This document shows, piece by piece, positions 6,443 through 13,500 of a DNA stretch of 14,008 nucleotides; position 1 is the stretch's first letter, and every line of letters starts with the position of its first letter. The translations under genes were made by a program, and so were the position numbers. This DNA comes from Bacillota bacterium (GTDB lineage: Bacteria; Bacillota; UBA4882), in contig JBMNNY010000045.1 of assembly GCA_050942765.1 (NCBI GenBank), positions 1-14,008 of the forward strand. The letters are read 5' to 3'. The notes under the pieces are model-generated. The model did no database searches and was not told the DNA's origin. It was given only the letters and a program-made list of their open reading frames with translations.

Positions 6443-6466
6443 GTTAAAGCAACTTTGAAATGCCAT

Positions 6467-6916
6467 TTATTCTTCTGGCTCAGCTGTCAGAGCACTAATT
6501 ACTTCATCGGTAAGATCAATACTGCCATAAGCCATTGAAGTCTGCCAGAAGATCGCGCTTAATTTTTTCTCCTTGCCAAGCTGCGCGGCTATTTCATTAA
6601 GTCTGGATTGGAATTTGCGCGAAAGCTCCTGCTCAAACTGGGATTGCCTGGCTGAGAATTCTGCCTGACGCTGCACTTTCTGTTCATTGGATAACTGCGA
6701 GAACTCTTTTACTAATGCATCTCCGGCAGCCTGAATGCGCGCCATATACTGTTTACCCAGTTCGCTCTCGTTCAATGCCCTTTGAGAATCAATATAGCCA
6801 AAACCCTCCGTCCCCTGAACATTGCCCGAAGGCCTCAAAAAATAACCCAGCACGGTCCCAAGAACAAGGGCGGCCACTACTGCTCCCACAATCCCCCAGC
6901 TTATGGACTTAGTCAT
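6467..6916 (-). CDS. skp: OmpH/Skp-like periplasmic chaperone (short form, 149 aa)
   Basis: The ATG start has GAAGGGAAGG upstream. There is an N-terminal hydrophobic anchor or signal (WGIVGAVVAALVLGTVLGYFL). A GYIDSQRALNESELGK entry motif is followed by a Gln/Glu/Arg-rich helical hairpin region. The C-terminal ...IFWQTSMAYGSIDLTDEVISAL matches the OmpH pattern (final strand followed by D-h-T-x-x-h). Confidence 0.7.
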   Translation of the reverse strand: MTKSISWGIVGAVVAALVLGTVLGYFLRPSGNVQGTEGFGYIDSQRALNESELGKQYMARIQAAGDALVKEFSQLSNEQKVQRQAEFSARQSQFEQELSRKFQSRLNEIAAQLGKEKKLSAIFWQTSMAYGSIDLTDEVISALTAEPEE

Positions 6917-6937
6917 AGTTTAATAACCTTCCCTTCA

Positions 6938-7918
6938 TCATTCTCCAAGTTCTTCTAGTCTCCGGTAAATACCATCTTCTATTGCCTGCGCCTTGGCGCT
7001 GTTTTCATTGAGAAGATTGCTCTGCAGCAGTGAAGAAAGTCGCGCATACTCTTCCTCGACCCACCCTGTCAAACTAAGCTGCTTTTCATTAATGAGTTCG
7101 CGACGCTTGACTGCCTGTCTGCTTACAAAAACCTCCAGTTCCAGGCGATCCTGTTCTTCTCGTTCGGCGACCAACCCTTTGATTTCGTTATTAATCATAT
7201 TTACCTGCGTGTTGATTTCCGGACGTTCGGTCAATGAGATCGAATATAACTGCATCTGCAGATTCAGCAGCACCGGCGCATACTGTGCTTCTAAAATACG
7301 ATGAAAACGCTCACGCGCCAGTTTCTGTTCTGCGACATACGTCTGACGCTCGTATTCGTCTTCCTCAATGAGATACTGCTCGTAAGAATCAAGTTGATAC
7401 CTGGCATTAGCCTCCAGCTCCGCCCGAATGGCGGCCAGCTGTTTGTCAAGAATAGCACTGCCTCGATCGACTGCAGTATTATTCATGGACGCGAGCGTTT
7501 GAATCTGTTGTTTAAGCGCTTTGCTGATACGCTCAGGGATTTGGGTGCTGCTGCCGCCGGCGCTCTCGCCGCTGGCACCGCCGCCGGCACCGTCACTGGT
7601 GCTGCCACTGCTGATGTCGCCACTGCTAGCGCCACTGCCGCCGTCGCTGCCACCGCTGTGCACCACACCGGATGCACCGGACGTATCTTTCTGAAAAGCC
7701 TGGACCAAACTGGCGTAAAAAGCTGAAATACCGCAATCCTGCGCCAGTTTGATCCCATCAGCCATTTCCAGCTTTAGCATTGGCTGTTTTGCTTTCGGGG
7801 ATTCTGAAGCTCCTGCCATGCCCGCAAAACCAGCCATCATGGCTACAGCCACTGCCATTATCAATACTATTATTGCTAATCTTGCCAAATAGTTTCCGCT
7901 TTTGAACAATTTTCTCAC
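6938..7918 (-). CDS. Hypothetical exported protein: signal/anchor, Gly/Ser/Asp-rich linker, and a predicted coiled-coil region of about 200 aa
   Basis: The ORF is 330 aa in the track. I prefer the in-frame GTG at 7916-7918, which has GGAGG 11 nt upstream, because the track GTG at 7930 overlaps the Shine-Dalgarno sequence itself. The hydrophobic N-terminus is LARLAIIVLIMAVAVAMMAGFAGMAGA|SE. A low-complexity segment spans residues about 83-128 (nt 7547-7684). The rest is heptad-like and rich in E/Q/R/L. I recognise no family signature. Confidence 0.6.
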   Translation of the reverse strand: MRKLFKSGNYLARLAIIVLIMAVAVAMMAGFAGMAGASESPKAKQPMLKLEMADGIKLAQDCGISAFYASLVQAFQKDTSGASGVVHSGGSDGGSGASSGDISSGSTSDGAGGGASGESAGGSSTQIPERISKALKQQIQTLASMNNTAVDRGSAILDKQLAAIRAELEANARYQLDSYEQYLIEEDEYERQTYVAEQKLARERFHRILEAQYAPVLLNLQMQLYSISLTERPEINTQVNMINNEIKGLVAEREEQDRLELEVFVSRQAVKRRELINEKQLSLTGWVEEEYARLSSLLQSNLLNENSAKAQAIEDGIYRRLEELGE

Positions 7919-7945
7919 GGCGAGCTTCACCTCCCCGGCGCATTT

Positions 7946-7985
7946 GTGACTGCTATACTACTATGCTGCTATACTGTCATACTGT
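7946..7985. repeat. Intergenic degenerate 8-nt tandem array (5 units; also readable as 2 x 16 nt) upstream of the coiled-coil gene
   Basis: The plus-strand units are GTGACTGC, TATACTAC, TATGCTGC, TATACTGT and CATACTGT. The 16-mers TGCTATACTACTATGC (7951-7966) and TGCTATACTGTCATAC (7967-7982) match at 12 of 16 positions. On the transcribed strand the array reads ACAGTATG ACAGTATA GCAGCATA GTAGTATA GCAGTCAC. Confidence 0.7.
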
Positions 7986-8013
7986 TATGCTTTACGCTTT
8001 TGCCTAACGACTT

Positions 8014-8586
8014 TTATTGGGCGCTGGCTTTCTTCAGAACGGCCTCGGTCAAATCAACGCCGCCAAACCAAATGATATCCTTCTTGAGCACCAGCCCGAC
8101 TTTTTCTTCTTTGGCCACTACTTCAATAGTCGTCTTGACCTTTTCATAGGCGGCCTTCCATACTGCCTGGGCTTTAGCCTCAATCTCCATGGTTTTCAGC
8201 TCAAGTTCTCTCTTAAGCTTGGTCGACTCGGCATTGAACATTTCTTCATAAATCGGCAGATATTTCTGTTTTTCCTCTTCGGTCATACCTTTGGTCTTGT
8301 CTTCATACTGCCGCTGAATGGAAGCCTGCACCGATTTAACCTTTTGATTAAATTCCGCATATGCCAGACTGGCTTCTTCTTCGAAACCTTTAATCTCTTC
8401 TTTGGCCTTGACAATGTCGGGATAAGTGGTATCCAGTTTTGCATCATCAACAAACCCAATCACGATTCCTGCTGGAAGCGCTGTTTCACCTTCCGCACGG
8501 GTCGTCAACGCGAAGACACCAATTGAAAGAGTGATCATAATAGCCAGAACCGCACCAAACCCTAGAAAACGTTCGAGCTTTTTCAA
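8014..8586 (-). CDS. skp: OmpH/Skp-like periplasmic chaperone (190 aa)
   Basis: TTG start at 8584-8586 has AGGTG 8 nt upstream. The signal peptide is LGFGAVLAIMITLSIGVFALTTRA|EG. An IGFVDDAKLDTTYPDIVKAKEE entry motif is followed by a long K/E-rich helical region. The C-terminal GLVLKKDIIWFGGVDLTEAVLKK is typical of the OmpH family. Confidence 0.8.
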   Translation of the reverse strand: MKKLERFLGFGAVLAIMITLSIGVFALTTRAEGETALPAGIVIGFVDDAKLDTTYPDIVKAKEEIKGFEEEASLAYAEFNQKVKSVQASIQRQYEDKTKGMTEEEKQKYLPIYEEMFNAESTKLKRELELKTMEIEAKAQAVWKAAYEKVKTTIEVVAKEEKVGLVLKKDIIWFGGVDLTEAVLKKASAQ

Positions 8587-8670
8587 TTAATACACACCTG
8601 CTTTCACATTAATACACTTTGAAGTACACCTTGACATTTTTCTGCTATTAAAAGCAATCGCTAGAACTAA

Positions 8671-10392
8671 CTAGAACATTTCGCCGAAACTGAAATAAAA
8701 TTTCGGGCCCTCACCCGGACTAAACCCAAAGTCAAACCTGAGTTGCCCAAGCATCGGCACATTGATACGCATTCCAACACCATAGCCGACGTTCAGATTA
8801 AACTGGTTATCTATGCTTGAAGGAGACCAGGCATCCCCAAGGTCAAGGAACATGACGGCTTCGAAATAATTGTTAATCTGATAACGGTACTCGGTGTTAA
8901 ATAACGCAAATCTGTCACCAGAGGAGTTACGGTAGTCATATCCTCTGAGCGTCTCCGATCCGCCCAGCAAAAACAGCTCTGACGAACTGAAGCTCGCGCC
9001 GGTCAGATAGCCACCTGCCAGTCGGAATCCAAGAACATGCTTCGGTGCCAGCGAAAAGAACTGTCTTGTTTCTCCCCGCAGCTTATAAAAGTTGGTATCT
9101 CCGCCGAGAATACTGCCTCCGGCACGTTCAAAGCTGAACATAGACAGATTGCCGCTATTAACCAGTCCGCCGCTGCCGTAGTTCAGCTTGTTACGAGTCA
9201 GCTGAAAGGTAAGCGTGCGATTATTAGTGGTGGTTAGAGACGGGATTGTATTGGTGATATCTTCAATCGGCAAATCATGCAGCTGCTCAACCTTGAATTT
9301 CACCGAACCGTTAATGTCGGCAAAAAGCGGGAATCCTACGGTGATTGTGCCGCCATTGGTACGCCGATCAAATAAGGTATCCGGATCCTCTTCATTGTAT
9401 AGATTTGACTCCCAACGCGAGTAAACATCGAACCCTGCGGATACATCATAAGCACCAATCCATGGCAGGTAATAGGATAATTCAAAAGTAGTTGATTCTT
9501 TATTTAAAGTAAGCGATGTATTAAATGAATGTGCCAGCCCAAACAGGTTTGATTCTGTAAACTGCAAGCCGCCTCCCAGTCCGGGGCCTTTCATATAACT
9601 GACGCTGAAACCTACTTCCATTGTTTTGCGCTCTTTAAACTCAACTACTAAATAAAGCTCGTCCGGATTTGGACCCTCTTCAATGGTGGGGATAATGTCG
9701 TCAAACAGCCCCATCCGATAGAGTTCCTGCAAGTCCTCATTAAACTGTTTCAGATCAATAATTTCACCCTCAGCCGCCGTGAGCTTATGGCGTACTACAG
9801 ACTCCTTGGTCTTCTTGAGGCCATTGACCTTTATCCCGGCAAGCTTCATTTCCATAAAATAAAATGTGACTACGCCTTCGGGAGAAACAGTAGATTTAGT
9901 CAGGTCGGGCTGTATCAGGAAACCTTTCTCCTGAGAATACTTGATTGCGTTCTCAAGGCCCTTCAGAAGTGCGTTCATGCTAATGACTTCACCGGGCTTA
10001 ATAGGCCATTGATCGATCAGTTCCTGAGGATCGATTTTGGTCAGGCCTTCAATCTTGATCTCTTTGAGCGGCGGATTTTCAATTACCATGAAGGTGACTT
10101 TAATACCGCCGATGACTTTTTCCATCTTCCAGTCAACACTGGTGAAATACCCCAACTCGAAAATTGACTTAATATCGGCTTCAATTTTCTTCGGATCCAC
10201 GGGATCTCCAACCTGCGTCTGGCGAATCACTGTCAGAATTGTTTCAGTGGGTACGAGAGCGTTGCCGGCAACATCGATAACCGCTACCGTCAGAGGGTCC
10301 GCGGCATAAGCCGGATCTGCCGTATATATCAACACGCCTCCGGCTATAAGTGCAATGCATGCTATGATGAGGAGTCGGTAATTTGCTTTCAC
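8671..10392 (-). CDS. bamA: BamA (Omp85-family OM protein insertase) with three POTRA repeats
   Basis: I place the start at GTG 10390-10392, which has AAGGAGG 7 nt upstream. This gives the signal peptide (M)KANYRLLIIACIALIAGGVLIYTADPAYA|AD. The track ATG at 10506 would add 38 non-signal residues ahead of it. Three POTRA-like units of about 75 aa are countable (nt about 9631-10299). A barrel of about 320 aa follows, with Omp85 motifs (GFSVSY..GLGGGLQFTESNLFG; GGSETLRGY; NVGYGVGMR). The C-terminal beta-signal is ...FYFSFGEMF. Confidence 0.9.
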   Translation of the reverse strand: MKANYRLLIIACIALIAGGVLIYTADPAYAADPLTVAVIDVAGNALVPTETILTVIRQTQVGDPVDPKKIEADIKSIFELGYFTSVDWKMEKVIGGIKVTFMVIENPPLKEIKIEGLTKIDPQELIDQWPIKPGEVISMNALLKGLENAIKYSQEKGFLIQPDLTKSTVSPEGVVTFYFMEMKLAGIKVNGLKKTKESVVRHKLTAAEGEIIDLKQFNEDLQELYRMGLFDDIIPTIEEGPNPDELYLVVEFKERKTMEVGFSVSYMKGPGLGGGLQFTESNLFGLAHSFNTSLTLNKESTTFELSYYLPWIGAYDVSAGFDVYSRWESNLYNEEDPDTLFDRRTNGGTITVGFPLFADINGSVKFKVEQLHDLPIEDITNTIPSLTTTNNRTLTFQLTRNKLNYGSGGLVNSGNLSMFSFERAGGSILGGDTNFYKLRGETRQFFSLAPKHVLGFRLAGGYLTGASFSSSELFLLGGSETLRGYDYRNSSGDRFALFNTEYRYQINNYFEAVMFLDLGDAWSPSSIDNQFNLNVGYGVGMRINVPMLGQLRFDFGFSPGEGPKFYFSFGEMF

Positions 10393-10433
10393 TAATGTCC
10401 CTCCTTTTACTATCGGCTCAAAGCTTTGTAATA

Positions 10434-10475
10434 CCGGCCAGCCTTCTCGGTAGTTATCAGTTAAGGCTTGTCCGG
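10434..10475 (-). other. Imperfect inverted repeat (potential RNA stem-loop) in the tamB-bamA spacer
   Basis: On the minus strand, CCGGACAAGCCTT is followed by a 17-nt loop and then AAGGCTGGCCGG. This gives a perfect 6-bp inner stem and about 5 more pairs across a bulge or mismatch. No U-tract follows, so it is not a canonical terminator. Confidence 0.35.
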
Positions 10476-10558
10476 AACGCATCACCCCTTTCATGCACGT
10501 TGACATAGGTATAGACTAATAAATCTATCAACGCATTCCAATGTGCTGTGGTTCCCAT

Positions 10559-13500
10559 TCAGAATCGCACTCTAATCGAAAATCCGAAACTGAAGTCACC
10601 GGTACTGGAATACGACAGATTCAGAACTGACAATGGTGATATATAATAGTCGAGCCCGATTTTATGAATAAATCCATCTTCATAGAAACTGGCGTACTGG
10701 AGATACAAATTCGGTGTCAAGAATTTTCCTACCCGCAGTTCGACTCCGTCTCTGAACAGCGAACTGCCCCGGGGTACGAGAGAGAACTCATCCACATTGA
10801 GCAGCTCGGCAACGTTGCGCGTCAATGTGTCGATAGTGGCTTTCCCGACTACATAGATGCCCTCGTCAAGAACATCCTGAATCATCAAACCATTACCTTT
10901 AAGCATTTCAGGCAAATCTAGCAAAGCAAATATCTCTTCCGTGGACATCTGCGGACTGGACTCAAACTGAATTCGCAGATTAGGTCCAACCTCTCCCTCA
11001 GCCCGCAGATAAACAATTGCCTGCTCCGCCGGTTTGCGGGCTAGAACCCGTATATAGGGGATATAGCCGCGTTGTTCTGTGAACTCAGCGTGCGCTTCCA
11101 TCACCTGAAAAGCATTGCGATACGCGACAACCGTCCCGCGGCTGGCCGTAATCTGCCCGCTCAGTTTTGGTTCCGACAAGGTACCGCGCACCGTCAGGTT
11201 GCCTTCAACCGGAACATCAACATCAAGAACTGTCATAGACTGCTTGATACGTACTTCAGACCCGATTTTTACTTTAAAATCCAGTCCGGTTGGCGGCACC
11301 GGATCCTCAGTTGTCGTGGCAGGCTCTGCATTGGTCGCCGGGTCAGCTTCTGCAGGCACATATGATACGCGTGCGTCTGAGACTGTCACATCTCCGCCAA
11401 GAACCATTGCTCCAGACTCACCACGATAAAAGGCACTGCCGCTAATGATGCCGGTAAAGGCCGGACTGGCATAAAGCAGCTCATCGGTCTTAACCCATAA
11501 ATCGAGACGTTCCACCAGGAAAGATTTCATGGTGATACTACCACCAGCCTGCAAATGCCCGGTGCCATATTGTGCACTAAATTCGTCAAAAATCAGACGA
11601 TCTCCTACAAAGCGACCTTTTCCTTCGGCATTGGTAAACGGAATCAATAATCCCGGAATCTCAAAACCGCCATTTTTTATCTGAAAGGTACCCTGCATAT
11701 CAAGTCTTTCAAAAGTACCGCCCAGATGCAGCTTGGCGGCCATCCGGCCGTTATTAATCTTTAGATCCTTATAGATTACTACCGGCAGCCAATCAATAGC
11801 CACCGAGTCTGAAGAAATATCCAGGCTGAGCAGCATGTCTTCGTTAGTAGCCGGTTCCGGAATCATCAGCGCCTGTCTGATTGAACTGCTCAGTGGAATT
11901 GTACCTTCTCCGAAAACGATATCGCCATTTCTTTCCAAACGCACTTCGGTAAAATGCAGTGCTTTGGCATCAGCTCTGGCATTACCCTGCAAGTGATCAA
12001 AATCAATGCCAATCAATTTTCCGTTCGTAAGCATCAGATCTCCGGTCAGTCTGGGGTTTTTCGGATATCCGGACAGTTTTAGTTTGACATCACCGGTGCC
12101 GGTAAGGTTTTCTTCAAAATCGAGCAGCGTCATGACCGGAAAGATGTCAAAATTATGGGCGGCAATTGCCAAATCTGTTCCATTGACAGTGTCGTAGCTT
12201 CCGCTGGCGCTCAGTTCTCCTTTTTCCTGCCACATCTGCAGATCCTTCACCTCAAGGGCCGAGAGACTGATACGGCCATCGCTGCCGGTTTCAATGATAA
12301 AACTGGTGTCAGTACTGGCATCCAGTTCCGCATTCGCCACACGTCCGCGGTCAACTCTGGCTGTCATTGACCCCTCTATGCGCGCCAGCGGTCCTGACAA
12401 GTGCACTGTGCCTGTTAGCAACCCACGCAATGAAAAATTCGGTTCTGCGCCAACAAGTTTCAGCACATCAGCAAGTTCTGAACGCTCACTACGTAGTTGC
12501 ACGTCAATACTGGCCTCTGTCCCCGGCGCAATCCATCCAAAAGCCACAATATTTTGATCGGCTTTCACAAACTTAAACTCATCGAGTTCCAGGCGATTAT
12601 TTTCCCAGGCGACTTTGCCTTTGACAGCTCCCAATAAAACATTGCTAAAGGCGATATTTTCGCCAATGAGATTGCCACGAAAAGACGGCTGCGCAATCGT
12701 TCCTGAAATGCGCCCGTCCAGTGCTGCCACACCCTTCAAATCAATGGACGAACGCCGCAGGATCTCCAGTCCGGACAACTCCAGATTCCTGATCGCGACT
12801 ACGCCGCCAACTTCCCCGCTGCTGTCATAAGAACCGGAAAGCTCAGCAGTGCCAGAATCCTTTTTGATCACACCATTAGTGATCGTGACGCGCTGGCCAT
12901 CCCAGGACACATTTACGTCCAACTTGTCAAGCATTTCGGCATCGATTCGTACTGACTCGGCTGAAACATTCGCTTCGATGAGCGGCTGATCGATCTGGCC
13001 GCTCATTTTGGCGTAAATGCCAGCTTTACCGGCGATATTTAACCCTTCAAGATTAAACGCCTGCTTGGCTTGGTCCAATTGCAGGCCTTGAGCCCGCAAG
13101 GTCGCCTGCACCTGTTTGGAACTTAAGTCATAAACACCCGTAATGGCGGCTTGATGCTGGGGATGCACCAAAGTGCAGTCCTTAACCGCCAGCTGTGTGC
13201 CGTCGAGGCTTACAGTGGCCTCCAGCGTACCCAGACGGTACTTATTATAGGTAGCCTGGCTGACAGTAAACTTGCCGCTAACCGCAGGAGATTCCCAGGT
13301 CCCGCCCAGTTCGAAACTAAACTCCGCGATGCCAGCGGCCGGAACGCCAATGGCTGCCAAAATATTATCAAGTTCGATGTGCCCTCCGGAGCCTTTCAGA
13401 TTCAGATTACCGGCGGCATCGATTTGCCCTCTGGCACTGACAAGCCCTTCTCCATAGCTAAGAAGTAATGATTCCAGATTGATAATTGCGTCGGTATAAT

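Noticed and set aside
7301-7943. ORFs 7301-7726 (+), 7483-7758 (-) and 7758-7943 (-) with Ala/Thr/Val-rich or basic sequence.
   Set aside because: They are shadows of the GC-rich Gly/Ser-linker codons of the coiled-coil gene. The 7758-7943 ORF is in a different frame across that gene's own start region and lacks independent support.
10393-10506. A 38-aa N-terminal extension of BamA from the ATG at 10506 (MSTCMKGVMRSGQALTDNYREGWPVLQSFEPIVKGGTL).
   Set aside because: The extension would bury the Sec signal peptide. No Shine-Dalgarno sequence precedes 10506, whereas AAGGAGG sits 7 nt before the GTG at 10392. The residues KGG of the extension are simply that Shine-Dalgarno sequence read in frame.
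10511-10526. A quasi-palindrome, TAGACTAATAAATCTA, in the tamB-bamA spacer as a possible operator.
   Set aside because: Only the 4-nt ends (TAGA/TCTA) are complementary. That is too weak to call.
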